A DNA stretch of 64,000 bases from Mobula hypostoma (Eukaryota), in NCBI RefSeq assembly GCF_963921235.1, contig NC_086108.1:17670001-17734000 (forward strand). Reading direction: 5' to 3'. Positions 24,500-37,869 of the stretch are shown one piece after another. The notes beneath the pieces are model-generated. The model searched no databases and was not told the origin of the DNA. It saw nothing but the letters and a program-made list of their open reading frames with translations. Made by a program: the position numbers and the translations under genes. Each line of letters opens with the position of its first letter. The first letter of the stretch is position 1.

Positions 24500-27291
24500 A
24501 TCAATCTCTATTTGGGCAGTCTGCCTCCATGCTGCGCCAAGTCCACATGGGCTGGTTTGAGTCGGTCCACCGTGAAAACCTCCTCTTTCCCCTCAATGTC
24601 CAGAAGGTACGTGGACCCATTGTTCCTGATCACCTCAACGGCCCTTCGTACGGCCGCTGTAGCGGTGCCTGGTGTGCACCCCTTCATACAAACTTACAGT
24701 TCTGCTTTGGGTACGCAGGTTGGGATCTGTCCGTGCTGTGAAGTCGGTACGGGGGCCAGGTTGCCGAGCCTTTCGCGTAGTCTGTCCAGGACTGCTGCGG
24801 GTTCTTGGGGGTGGTATGAACTCTCCTGGGACAACCAGGGGTGTGCCGTACACCAGCTTGGTAGACGAGGTGTGCAGATCCTCTTTGGGCGCTGTGCAGA
24901 TTCCAAGCAGGACCCAGGGAAGCTCGTCCACCCAGTTAGGCCCTTTCAGGCGGGCCATGAGAGCCGACTTAAGTGACAGTGGAAGCGTTCCACTAGTCCG
25001 TTCAACTGTGGGTGGCAGACAGTTGTGTGGTGTAGCTGTGTTCCCAACAGGCTGGCCACAGCCGACCACAGGCTGGAGGTGAACTGGGCGTTTCTGTCGG
25101 AGGTAATGTGGGCCGGTATCCCAAAGCGTGCTACCCAGGTTGCAATCAGCGCTCGGGCGCAGGAATCGGCGGTGGTGTCGGTGAGCGGTACCACCTCTGG
25201 CCATCTCATGAACCGGTCTACCATAGTTAGGAGGTACCACACTCCTCGCGACACTGGCAGGGGCCCCACGATATCCACGAGTGTGGTCGAACCTCCGGTG
25301 GGTGGGTTCAAACTGCTGCGGCAGGGCTTTGGTGTGCTGCTGCACCTTGGCTGCTTGGCACTGCGTGCATGTTTTGGCCCATTCGCTGACCTGTTAGCGA
25401 AGTCTGTGACACACGAACTTGTCCTGATAGATGGGTGTGCAAAGCCGTGTATGGAATTGAAAACTCGCTGCTGTCAGGCTGCCGGGACGATGGGGGCGAG
25501 GTTGGCCGGTAGCCACGTCACACAGGAGGGTCCTCTCACCTGGGCCTATGAGGAAGTCTTGCAGCTGCAAACCTGAGACTGCGGTCCTGTAGCTGGGCAT
25601 CTTGTCGTCTGCCTGCTGCGCCAGCGCCAGTGCTGCATAGTCCACCCCCTGCGACAGGGCCTGGATAGTTGGTCTGGAGAGTGTGTCTGCCACGACGTTG
25701 TCCTTTCCCGAGACATGCTGGATGTCTGTTGTGTACTCGGAGCTGTAGGACAGATGTCGCTGCTGTCGGGCCGACCAGGGATCGACACCTTTGCACTGTA
25801 CTTGAGTTCGGGTGGCCATAGGTGCCTGCTGAAGAATGCCAGGGGTTGCCAGTGCCCCTCGATGAGTTGCTCCAGCACCCTATCGACTGCTGTGTTGAAT
25901 GCATCCACTGTGAGGGCAGCTGGAACATCCGTTCTGGGGTGCACCAGCATCGTGGCGTCTGCCAAGGCTTCCTTGACTTTAACGAAAGCGGCCGTGGCCA
26001 CTTCGTCCCAAGTAATGTCCTTGCCTTTACCCGACATCAGGGTAAACAAAGGACACATGATATGGGCTGCTGAGGGGAGGAAGCGGTGGTAGAAGTTTAC
26101 CATACCAACAAACTCCTGCAGTCCTTTGATTGTGTCGGGCTGGGCGAAGTGGCGGATCATGTTTACATTGGCGGGCAGAGGTGTTGCCCCGTCTTTGGTA
26201 ATCCTGTGGCCCAGGAAGACGACGGTGTCAAGTCCGAACTGGTATTTGGCCGGGTTGATCGTGAGGCTGAAATCACTCAGGCAGGAGTAGAGCTGGCGGA
26301 GGTGGGACAGATGCTCCTGACGACTACTGCTGGCTATGAGGATGTCGTCCAAGTAGATGAACGCAAAGTCCAGATTGCGTCCCACCGCATCCATTAGCCT
26401 CTGGAACGTCTGTGCGGCATTCTTCAGGCCGAACGGCATTCGGAGGAATTCAAACAGGCCGAACGGGGTGATGAGTGCCGTTTTGGGGATGTCTTCAGGG
26501 TGTACTAGGATGAGGTCTACTTTGGAAAAGATGCTTGTCCTGTGCAGGTTTGCTGCAAAGTCCTGTATGTGCAGCATGGGGTAGCGGCCTGGAGTTGTAG
26601 CCTCGTTCAGTCTGCGGTAGTCACCGCATGGTCTCCAGCTCCCGGCTGCTTTGGGCACCACGTGCAGGGGGGGAGGCCCATGGGCTTTCAGACCTCCGTA
26701 CGATTCCCAATTCCTTCATCCTCTTGAACTCCTCCTTTGCCAGGCGGAGCTTGTCCGGGGGGAGCCTTCGTGCGCGGGTGTGGAGGGGCAGTCCCTGGGT
26801 CAGAATGTGGTGCTGTACTCCGTGTCTGGGCATGGCTGCCGTGAACTGTGGTGCCAGAACTGATGGAAAGTCCACAAGGATTCTGGTGAATTCGTTGTCA
26901 GACAGCGTGATGGAGTCCAGGTGTGAGGCTGGCAACTTGGCTTCACCCAGGGAGAACTTCTGGAAAGTCTTGGTATTGTCCAGTCTTTTCCATTGCAAGT
27001 CGACCAGCAGGTTGTGATCTCGCAAGAAGTCTGCCCCCAGGAGTCGTTGGGCCATGGTGGCCACACATGAACCGGCTGGCACCGATCTGCAGCTGCACTG
27101 TACGGGTGCCGTAGGTCCGTATCGTGCTGGCTTTTGCAGCCCTCAGGGTGGGTCCAGGCTCGCTGTTGCGGGTGTCGTACCTCGTCGGGGGTAAGATGCT
27201 GATTTCCGTTCCGATGGTGACTGAAGCGGCATCCCGACTGTTTGTCCCAGACGTACAAGAGGCTGTCCTAGTAGCCAGCCACCATAGTCAT
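24500..27291 (-). pseudogene. pol: Gypsy pol (protease, RT, RNase H, integrase), disrupted
   Basis: RPCGDYRRLN, MPFGLKNAAQTFQR, FIYLDDILIAS, GKDNVVADTLSR, VDIVGPLP, TSDRNAQFTS and NGLVERFH. Confidence 0.92.
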
Positions 27292-27997
27292 TAGCGGCGG
27301 CTGGCCCTGACGTTTCCTGGGAACTTGCAGGGCGGGCGACAACTGCGGTCTTCTGTGCCCCACCGCTGGTGGTAGAAACACCACTGTTCATTGGCCTCCT
27401 CAATCCTGCCTCTGGGTTGTGTGCGCTCCGTTGCTGGGCCTGGTCTGGCCCGCTGTTGGGCCTGTGGCTTGGTAATCTGTCCGACAGATGCCTCGCTCTC
27501 CCTCTTGGCTTTCCACAGCACGTCTGCCCGGGCCGCCACCTTCTGGGGGGATTAATGAAATATGCATCGGTCAGCAGCAGATGTACATCCTTGGGCAGTT
27601 GCTCTAGGAACGCCTACTCAAACATGACGCAGGGCTTGTGTCCTTCAGCCAGGGCCAGCATCTCGTTCATTAATGCTGACAGCGGCCTGTCTCCCAAACC
27701 GTCCAGGTGCAGCAAGCGGGCACCTCGCTCACACTGTGAGAGGCCAAAGGTCTCTATGAGCAGCGCTTTGAATGCTGCATATTTGCCTTCTTCCAGGGGT
27801 CACTATCTGAAATTCTCAACCTGGGCGGCTGTCTCCTGGTCAAGGGAGATCACCACGTAATAGTAACGTGTGGAATCAGAAGATATCTGCCGAATCTGGA
27901 ATTGGGCTTCTGCTTGGTCAAACCACACGCGTGGTCGCAGCGTCCAGAAAGTTGGCAGTTTTAGCGAAACTGCGTGAACAGATGAAGAGTCGATCAT
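27291..27997 (-). pseudogene. gag: Gypsy gag, frameshifted
   Basis: KLPTFW...WFDQAEAQF N-terminus; C-terminal WCFYHQRWG....CRPPC knuckle. Confidence 0.88.
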
Positions 27998-28021
27998 CTT
28001 TGGTCCAAATCCCGTTTGGAC

Positions 28022-28035
28022 CGTCGGGGTCACCA
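28022..28035 (-). promoter_or_regulatory. Primer-binding site complementary to the tRNA-Trp 3' end
   Basis: TGGTGACCCCGACG next to the 5' LTR, matching the start of the known tRNA-Trp PBS TGGTGACCCCGACGTGAT. Confidence 0.85.
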
Positions 28036-28626
28036 ATGTAGCGATGTGCTACACACAGAGCTAGAAATAACGACACGCAGTCTGTAAGTTGCACTCAAGA
28101 CTAGTTTATTCAAACTTCGCGGAACTGGCTTTTACGTAGTTCCGTTCCCGCCCTCTCCAGGTGGAAATGACAGCAGAGGTGCATTACAAAAGTCTCTTCC
28201 CGCGCTCGGGCTTTCTCCCCTTGCTGGTGAAGAAGGCCCAGTGCCATTTTGGGGCTGGCCTCTCTGCCGACATGCGTGCCATTTTGTGAGCCGGTTCGCC
28301 TGCGTAGAAAGTGGGTCGCCACAGACTCAACAATTTCAGATAACCAGGGTTTATAGCTTTTTTTAAACTGTGACATTTATTTCATCAATTCTATTTGAAA
28401 TAAGTTTCTAAAGCCATGACAAGCATAGATAGATAGCATGATGGTATGAACATTGATTTCTCCTTCTGTTTTTTTTTTCTTCCCCCCCTCCTTCTTCTAT
28501 TTCACACTCTGACCTCTTACCTCTTCTCACCTTCCCCTGTGTCCCCCCCAACCCCCACCTCCCTTTCTCCCATGGTCCACTCTCCCTTCCTATCAGATTC
28601 ATTCCTCTCTACTCCTTTACCTTTTA

Positions 28627-31600
28627 TAGAAACATAGAAAAGCTACAGCACAATACAGGCCCTTCAGCCCAAAATGCTGTACTGAACATGTACTTACTTT
28701 AGAAATTACCTTGGGTTACGCACAGCCTTCTACTTTTCTGAGCTCCATGTACTTATCCAGGAGTCTCTTAAAAGACAATACCCTATCTGCCTCCAACACC
28801 GTCGCTGGCAGCCCATTCCACGCACTCACCACTCTCTGTGTAAAAAAACTTAACCCTGACGTCTCCTTGGTACCTACTCCCCAGTACCTTAAAACTGCGC
28901 CTTCTTGTGTTAGCCATTTCAGCCCTGGGAAAAAGCCTCTGACTATCCACACAATCAATGTCTCTCATCATCTTATACACCTCTATCTGGTCACCTCTCA
29001 TTTTCCGTCGCTCCAAGGAGAAAAGGCTGAGTTCACTCAACCTATTCTCGTAAGGCATGCTCCCTAATCCAGGCAACATTCTGGTAAACCTCCTTTGCAC
29101 CCTTTCTATAGTTTCACATCCTTCCTGTAGTGAGGTGACCAGAACTGAGCACAGTACTTTGTGAGCTCTGACCAGGGTCCTATATAGCTGTAACATTATC
29201 TCTTGGCTCTTAAACTCAATCCCACAGTTGATGAAGGCCAATGCGCCATATGCCTTCTTCACCACAGAGTCAACCTGCGCAGCAGCTTTGAGTGTCCTTT
29301 GGACTCAGACCTCAAGTTCCCTCTGATCCTACACACTACCAAGAGTCTTACTTAAGAACATAAGAAATAGGAGCAGGAGTAGGCCATCTGGCCCATCGAG
29401 CTTGCCCCACCATTCAATAAGATCATGGCTCATCTGTCCATAACACCCATTTATACCAACTCTCTGCCTTCTATTGGTTAACCAATCCACTATCCATGCC
29501 AATACACTTCCTCCAACTCCATGCATCCTTATCTTATATACAAGTCTCTTGTGCGGCACCATTAATACAGTACTATATTCTGCCATCATAATTGACCTAC
29601 CAAAATGAGCCACCTCACACTTATCTGGGTTGAACTTCATCTGCGACTTCTCAGCCAGTTTTGCATCCAAACGATGTCCCGCTGTAAACTCTGACAGCCT
29701 CCACACTATCCACAACACCCCCAACCTTTGTGTCATCAGCAAATTTACTGACCCATCCCTCCACTTCCTCATCCAGGTCATTTATAAAAATCACGAAGAG
29801 AAAGGGTCCCAGAACCGATCCCTGAGGCATACCACTGGTCACTGACCTCCATACAGAATATGACCAGTCTACAACCACTCTTTGCCTTCTGTGGGCAAGC
29901 CAGTTCTGGATCCACAAAGCAAGGTCCCCTTAGATCTCATGCCTCCTTCCTTTCTCAATAAGTCTTGCATGGGGTATCTTATCAAATACCTTGCTGAAAT
30001 TCACATACACTACATCTTCTGCTCTACCTTCATCAACGTGTTTAGTCACATCCTGAAAAAAAGTTCAATCAGGCTCATAAGGTATGATCTGCTTTTAACA
30101 AAGCCATGCTGACTATTCCTAATCATATTATGCTTCTCCAAATGTTCATAAATCCTGCCCCTCAGGATCTTTTCTGTCAACTTACCAACCAGTGAAGTAA
30201 GACTTACTATAATTTCCTGGGCTATCTCTACTCCCTTTCTTGAATAAGGGAACAACATCTGCAACCCTCCAATCCTCTGGAACCTCTCCCGTCCCCATTG
30301 ATGATGCAAAGATCATCGCCAGAGGCTCAGCAATCTTCTCCCTTGCCTCCCACGGTAGCCTGGGGTACATCTTATCTGGTCCTGGAAACTTATCCATCTT
30401 GATGCTTTCCAGAAGCTCCAGCACACCCTCTTTCTTAATGCCTATATGCTGAAGTTTTTCAATCCACTGTAAGTCATCCTTACAATTGCCAAGATCCTTT
30501 TCCCCAGTGAATACTGAAGCAAAGTACTCATTAAGTACCTCTGCTACCTCTTCCGGTTCCATACACACTTTTCCACTGACACACTTGATTAGTCCTATTC
30601 GCTTACGTCTTATCCTCTTGTTCTTCACATACTCTTCAATGCCTTGGGGTTTTCTTTAATCCTGCTCTCAAGGCTTTCTCATGGCCCCTTCCGGCTCTCC
30701 TAATTTCATTCTTAAACTCCTTCTTGCTAGCCTTATAATCTTCTAGATCTCTATCATTACCTAGTTATTTGAACCTTTCATAAGCTTTTCTTTTCTTTCT
30801 GATTAGCTTTTCAACAGCCTTTGTACACCACAATTCCTGTAACCTACCATCCTTTCCCTGTCTCAGTGGAACATACCTATGCAGAACACCATGCAAATAT
30901 CCCCTGAACATGTGCCATATTTCTGCTGTACATTTCCCTGAGAACATCTGTTCCCAATTTATGCTTCCAAGTTCCTGCCCAATAGCTTCATATTTTCCCT
31001 TACTCCAATTACACGCTTTCCTAACTTGTCTGTTCCTATCCCTCTCCAAAGCTATGGTAAAGGAGATAGAATTGTGATCACTATCTCTAAAATGCTCTCC
31101 CACTGAGAGATCAGACACCTGACCAGGTTCATTTCCCAATACCAGATAAGTACAGCCTCTCCTCTTGTAGGTCTATCTACATATTGTGTCAAGAAACATT
31201 CCTGAACACACCTAACAAACTCCACCCCATCCAAACCCTTCACTCTAAGGAGATGCCAATCAATATTTGGGAAATTAAAATCTTCCACCACGACAACCCT
31301 GTTATTATTACACCTTTCCAGAATCTGTCTCACTATCTGCTCCTCAATGTCCCTGTTACTATTGGGTGGTCTATAAAAAACACCCAGTAAAGTTATTGAC
31401 CCTTTCCTGTTTCTAACTTCCACCCATAGAGACTCAGTAGACAATTCCTCCATAACTTCCTAGTTTTCTGCAGCTGTGACACTATCTCTGATCAACAGTG
31501 CCACGCTCCTACCTCTCTTGCCTCCCTCCCTGTCCTTTCTGAAACATCTAAACCCTGGCACACTAAGTAACCATTCCTGCCCAAGCCATACAAGTCTCTG

Positions 31601-32028
31601 TAATGGCCACAACATCATAGCTCCAAGTCTGATCCATGCTCTAAGCTCATCTGCTTTGTTCATGATGCTTCTTGCATTAAAATAGACACACCTCAAACCC
31701 TTAGTCTGAACCCTTCTCTATCAGCTGCCTATCCTCCCTCTCTCATTGTCTCCAAGCTTTATGTATTTGTGAGCTAACCGTCCCTTCTTCCGTCTCTTCA
31801 GTTCAGTTCCCACCCCACAGCTATTCTAGCTTAAATTCTCCCCAATAGCCCTAGCAAATGTCCCTGCCAGGATATAGGTTGCCCTCGGATTCAAGTGCAA
31901 CCTGTCCTTTTTGTACAGGTCACGCCTGTCCCAAAAGAGGTCCCAATGATCCAGAAATCTGAATCCTTGTCCCCGCTCCAATCCCTCAGCCACACATTTA
32001 TCCTCCACCTGACTCTATTCCTATACTC
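28627..32028 (-). mobile_element. Near-full-length degenerate CR1
   Basis: Esterase (DHWDLFW...DRLHLN), EN (YFNARSI, DFNFP, DSDH), RT (KFADD) and 3' tail. Confidence 0.93.
29352..29557 (-). mobile_element. About 200-bp internally deleted CR1 nested in the CR1
   Basis: VPHKRLVYKIRMHG...QRVGING is joined directly to a CR1 3' UTR and tail. It interrupts host gagtcttac|cattaatac. Confidence 0.75.
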
Positions 32029-32539
32029 ACCTTTGTTTTGTTGCCTTCCCCCCTTCCTTTCCAGTCCTGAAGAAAGAACATGCCCGAAATGTCGACGATT
32101 TGTTCATTTCTATTGATGCTGCCTGACCTGCTGAGTTCCTCCAGCATTTTGTGTGTGTTGCTTTAGATTTCCAGCATCTGCAGAATTTATTGTGTTTAAA
32201 TAGGCAGCCAGTAGCTTCTACTCAGGATTGAAATGTCTAATTCAAGAAGGCATGCATTGAAGGTGCGAGGGTGTAAATTCAAAGGAGATGTGGGAGACAA
32301 GTTTTTTTTACAAAGTGTGATAGGTACCTGGAATGCGCTGCCAGGGTTGGTAGTGGAAACAAAAACAATAAAGGCATTTTAGAAAGGCCCATGAACGTAC
32401 AGAGAATGGAGGATATCGAGATTGTGTCGGCAGTAAGAATTACTTTAATGAGATGTTTAATTCCCAATTTAATTAGTTTGGCATGACATCGGGTGTCCAG
32501 GGGCCTGATCCTGTACTGTACCACTCTTTGTTTCTATCT

Positions 32540-34612
32540 CTGTAGATGCAGTCTCAATGGATCTTCACACCACTTTAGACCACCTGGACAACACAAACAC
32601 CTATGTCAGGATGCTGTTCATCGACTATAGCTCAGCATTTAATAGCATCATTTCCACAATTCTGATTGAGAAGTTGCAGAACCTGGGCCTCTGTGCCTCC
32701 CTCTGCAATTGCATCCTCGACTTCCTAACTGGAAGACGACAATCTGCGGATTGGTGATAACATCTATTCCTTGCTGATGATCAACACTGGTGCACCTCAG
32801 GGGTGTGTGCTTAGCCCACTGCTCTACTCCCTCTATACCCATGACTGGCTCAAATATCATCTATAAATTTGCTGATGATCCAACTATTGTTGGTAGAACC
32901 TCAGGTGGTGACGAGAGGGCGTACAGGAGCAAGATATGCCAGTGGTGTCGCAGCAACAACCTGGCACATAACATCAGTAACATGAAAGAGCTGATTGTGG
33001 ACTTCAGGAAGGGTAAGACAAAAGAACACATTCCAATCCTCAGAGGGATCAGAAGTGGAGAGAGTGAGCAGTTTCAAGTTCCTGGGTGTCAAGATCTCTG
33101 AGGATGAACCCTGGTCCCAACATATCGATACAGTTATAAAGGCGGCAAGACAGCGACTATACTTCATTAGGAGTTTGAAGAGATATGGCATATCAACAAA
33201 TACACTTAAAAACTTCTATAGATATACTGTGGAGAGCATTCTGACAGGCTGCATCACTGTCTGGTATGGGCGGGGGGGGGGGGGCTACTGCACAGGACCG
33301 AAAGAAGCTGCAGAGGGTTGTAAATTTAGTCGGCTCCATCTTGGGTATGAGCCTACAAAGTACCAAAGACATCTTCAAGGAGCAGTGTCTCAGAAAGGCA
33401 GCGGCCATTATTAAGGACCTCCAGTACCCAGGGCATGTGCTTCTACATTAGATTAGATTAGATTCAACTTTATTGTCATTGTGCTGAGTACAAATACAAA
33501 GCCAATGAAATACAGTTAGCATCTTAACCAGAAGTGCAAAAGAATAGTATTATTTACAAAATAACTGCGAATAAAAAGTGCTACAGAATACAAACATAAA
33601 AGTACTGAGAAAGTCCAATATGCGTGCAATACTGCTTAGTGCTGTGATGTGAGGTTCAGCAGGGTCACAGCCTCAGGGAAGAGGCTCTTCCTGAGCCTGC
33701 TGGTGCAGGAATGGAGGCTCCTGTAGCACCTACCGGATGGGAGGAGAGTAAAAAGTCCATGGTTAGGGTAAGATACATCCTTGATAATGCTTTTCGCCTT
33801 GCCCAGGCAGTATTTATAGTAGATGTTCTCAATGGTGGGCAATTGGGTGCCGATAATCCGCTAGGCAGTTTTCACCACCCGCTGGAGTGCTTTGCGGTCC
33901 AATACGGGACAATTGCCATACCACACTGAGATGCAGTTGGTGAGTGTGCTCTCAATGGTACAGCGGTAAAAGTCCGTCAGTATCCTGGGACAGGGGTGAG
34001 CTTTCTTGATGCTCCGCAAAAAATAAAGACGCTGTTGCGCCTTTTTGATCAGGATGGAGGAATTCAGGGACCAGGTGAGATCATTGGAAATGTGGACATC
34101 AAGGAATTTGAAGCTTGATACAAGCTCCACTACAGCTCCGTTGATGCAGATGGGAACGTGGGCATGCCTGAAGTCCACAATAATCTCCTTGGTTTTCTGG
34201 GTGTTAAGGGCCAGGTTGTTATCGGCGCACCATGCGGCCAGGTGCTGGACCTCGTCCCTGTAGGCCGTCTTGTCAACCCCTCTGATCAGGCCAACCACCT
34301 CACTGTTTTCTCACTGTTACCATCAGGTAGGATGTACAGAAGCCTGAAGGCACACACTCAGCGATTCAGGAACAGCTTCTTCCCCTCTGCCATCCAATTC
34401 CTAAATGAATTTTGAACCCTTTTATACTACCTCACTTTTTAAATATGTATTATTTCCGTTTTTGCACGTTTTTAAATCTATTCAATATACATATGCTGTA
34501 ATTGAATTACTTACTAATTTATTATTTTATTTTTTCTTCTATGTTATGTATTGCATTGAACTGCTGCTGCTAAATTAACAAATTTCACGACACAAAACCT
34601 GATTCTGATTCT
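32540..34612 (+). mobile_element. Rex1/Babar-type LINE
   Basis: [26 protein letters not shown] and FKFLGVKISED; (GATTCT)n tail. Confidence 0.9.
33447..34297 (-). mobile_element. Rex1/Babar-type LINE nested in the opposite orientation
   Basis: AYRDEV..L..WCADNNLALNTQKTKE and KAQQRLYFLR; (ATTAG)3 tail. Confidence 0.9.
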
Positions 34613-35095
34613 GCCCGACCTTCTATGCATTACTTCCATTTTCCTTCCCTTTGTTCTCAGTCATCTCCTTATACTTACATCTCCCTCCACTGCTTCATTT
34701 AGCCAGCACCACCAAAGTGCCTTCAGTCTCCCTGTGTCTCCACATGACTGATGAGAAGTCATGTTCCTGAAACACTGACTATATTTCTCTTTCAGATCCC
34801 TAGTACTCTTTGATTTGATTTTAATTATCTGTGTGTTTGGATCATTTGTCCTGATAGGACATGCATGACATTGTGGGACAGGATGGGGTGGGGAGTGCTA
34901 TGGACTACCTGTGTATTGCTGGCAATCCCCAACAGCTTAACCAGCTTCTACACCCTACCTGATCACCTGCCCAATTTCCCTGACTCCATCTTTACTTTCC
35001 CCTATGTCCCTCTATGGTCCTTCCTACAATGCCCTCCCCACCATCTCCCTCTCCCCAAGTAAAATCCCCCACATAAAATGTGCTGCCAATGTGAC

Positions 35096-35644
35096 TGTAA
35101 TGCCCTGGTTCACATGGCTCATATTTTTTTTCTCTGTTAGGCTTTTCTGTTCTCTGTGTATGCTGCTTGTTTGAGTTACTGTTGAAGATAAGAGATAGGA
35201 GAAATGTGTGCCATCCAATTGGGATGAATGGATTCAGGGGAGGTTTCTCTGGTGAGGGACACTAAAGTTGGGCTTGGGGCTTTTGAAGAGAGAAGACGCC
35301 GGAAAGAAGAGGTCGGAGAAGTCAACCCAGAGTGGGGCATTGATTCGATGAAGCTCGGGGAGATTGAAGGAGGATCTGCAAAGGGGCAACTGTGAGCTCC
35401 AACTTGGGCACATTAGACTGTTTCATTTAAAATGGGCCCTTTTCTTTTTTTTGCCTTTCCCTAATCCTTTAGTCAAATTAAGAATTATAAAGAATGTGAT
35501 ACTTACTTGTAACAGGGTAACAAATCACACAGCATCCAGACAAAAAGAGCGATTTGGAGGGCTTGTACTTCAATCTCCCATGTTTGGTGGGGCCGGTGGG
35601 TGTCTTTCCTAGACTTACGCAGCCAATGGAACCAGAGTGTTACA
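35096..35644. mobile_element. Solo LTR, 549 bp
   Basis: TGTAA...TTACA termini flanked by 4-bp TSD TGAC (35092-35095 and 35645-35648). Confidence 0.85.
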
Positions 35645-35989
35645 TGACAATGGTCACATTGCACGGAGGCTTTGCAGCATCTTCCTGTGGTGAACATATT
35701 GAATCTTTCAGGAGACTCAACTACTTGGTCAGTTTTAACCCTTCAGAGGTTAAATGCTTTTGTTACTAATTTGATCTCCAGTTTAAAGCTGGTATGAAAG
35801 CTTTTCATGAAGTTACGCAGCGAGGCAACAGGCCTTTTAGCCCACTGAATCTGTGCTAACCATCAACCATCCATTTACACTGCTCCTACACTATTTGTTC
35901 TCCTCACTTTACCATCAACTCTCACAGATTCTACCATTCACGGAGGTCAAATAAATTCCCAGTCAGTGAGATTTTCCAGCATTTTCTGA

Positions 35990-36645
35990 TTTTTGTTTCA
36001 ATGCATCGCAATCGCATGCATCATGGCTTGCTATGACAACTGCTCTACCTGAGACATGGACATAGCTCAGCACATCACAAAAACCAGCCACCCCTCCATG
36101 GACTCTCTGTCTACACTTCACACTGCCTCAGTAAAGCAGCCAACATAATTAAACACCCCTGACACCCCAGACTTCTCTCTCCCCCAAATAGGGCAGGAGA
36201 TACAAAAAGCCTGGAAGTTTGTAGATCCAAGCTCAAGGACAGATTCTCCTGCTGTTATAATTCTACTGATTGGTACCCTAGTATGATAAGATGGACTGTT
36301 GACCTCACAATCTACCTTATTATGGCTTTGCTTCCTGTCAAGCTACACTGCACTTTCTCTGCAGCTGAATGCCCACAACCTTTTTCCCTGGGTTGGAGAA
36401 TCAAGGACAAGAGGACAGAGGTTTAGGGCAAAAGGTACAAGGAGAAACGTTTTCACCTGGAGAGTCGTGTAGAAATGGAATGAGCTGCTAGCAGAAATGC
36501 TGAGGCAGGTACAATAAGCGTTTAAAGTACATTTGGATCGGTACATGGATATTGGTCAAATGGGACTAGCTGAGATGGACATCTTGGCTGGTACAGATGA
36601 GATGGGCTTAAGGGCCTTTTTCTGTGCTGTATGTTTGTATGACTT
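35990..36645 (+). mobile_element. Degenerate Rex1/Babar and CR1 3' fragments
   Basis: Similar to other 3' ends in the window (gctcaaggacag; agaacaagagg...gggcctttttctgtgctgt). Confidence 0.65.
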
Positions 36646-36769
36646 TCTGACATTTTTTGTGTAAGGTGTCACAGGATCTGAGGACATCATTCTTTCCTTA
36701 TAAGTGTAGGAGATACAGACTCACCATATTCATGTTAACCATCAAACACACACTTAACAATGATCCAAT

Positions 36770-37005
36770 ACAATCCCATTTTTCCTCTGCATATTGCCAT
36801 CAACTTGCCCCAGATTTCAATGCTCACCTACATACCAGGAGCAATTTAGAGCAGCCAATTAACACACCAACCCACATGTTTTCTGGATAGGGAAGGAAAC
36901 TGGAGCACCCAGGGAAAACCTGTGAACTCCATACAAACAGCTCCAAGCTTACAACTGAACCCAGGTCTCAAGTGTTGAGAAGCAATGGCTCTACACACAG
37001 TGACA
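36770..37005 (-). mobile_element. V-SINE (HE1-like) tRNA-derived SINE, degenerate
   Basis: Minus strand reads gacctgggttca (B-box-like), then ggagtt...gggtgctccagtttcc V-domain-like core. Confidence 0.65.
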
Positions 37006-37869
37006 TTATTCCATTAACATCTCCTCCTCACCACTCACCTCACTGAATTCAAACAAGAACCATGGAAGTCACAGGTTTGACAAGAGTTCAGTATCTTTTA
37101 ATAGCACATTTCTGGTCAGTAGACTGAAGGGCCTGTTTCCGTTCTGCGAATGTAAAATTCCATGACTCCCCGAAACTCCCAGAACTTTTCCTGTTAATCC
37201 ACTGGGACCACATCTGCTCTTTCCCTCAGCTCTAGTGCTCATACTGACACAAATGTTATTGGCCTGTTTCAAAAGCATCAACTGTGTATCCACTGACACT
37301 GCCACTTGGGGAGGGGGCTGCCAGAAACTAAAAAGGACATGTGGTTCTAGGTTAATAAAGTGGGCCTCAAACACTGAACAAATTAAATCCAATCAACCTG
37401 GAGATCTGTAGTTTTGCGCTGGATAAATTGAGCATATTGCCCACCATAGAACACGACAGAACAGGCCCTTCAGCCCATCATGTCTGTGGTGAAGATTCAA
37501 ATTAATCGTATCTGCCTGTATGTCTACATCCCACTATTCCCTGTCTGATCATGTGCCTGTCTAAGTGCCTCTTAAACTTCAATATTGTATCAGCTTCTAC
37601 TACTTCCCCTGGCAATACATTCCAGGCACCTATAACTCCGTGCACAAAAACTTGACTTGAAATTCTCCTTTAAAGTTTCCTCCTCTCATCCTTAGTCAAA
37701 GTCAGAATAATGCTACACAGAAACAGCACAACTTGTCCATACTGACCAAGATAATCATCTAAGCTTAACTCATTTGGCCTATATTACTCTAAATCATACC
37801 CATCCATGGATCTGTTTAAATGTACTACACCTACTTCAACTACTTCCTTAACAGCTTGTTCTATATACC

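Larger units (their letters stand above)
24166..28323 (-). mobile_element. Ty3/Gypsy LTR retrotransposon (Mag-like), structurally near-complete and frameshifted
   Basis: LTRs at about 24166-24444 and 28037-28323, TSD GACT (24162-24165 and 28324-28327), PBS, polypurine tract 24445-24462, and gag-PR-RT-RH-IN order. Confidence 0.95.
28425..32198 (+). mobile_element. Penelope-like 3' remnant split by a CR1 (pieces 28425-28626 and 32029-32198)
   Basis: GMNIDFS end and pyrimidine-rich UTR. The tail with cagtc-CTGAAGA...GAAA-tgtc-gac resumes after the CR1. Confidence 0.7.

Noticed and set aside
24386..27860. Long plus-strand ORFs inside the Gypsy element
   Set aside because: Antisense shadows of GC-rich pol/gag with no motifs of their own; the same applies to antisense ORFs over the CR1s.
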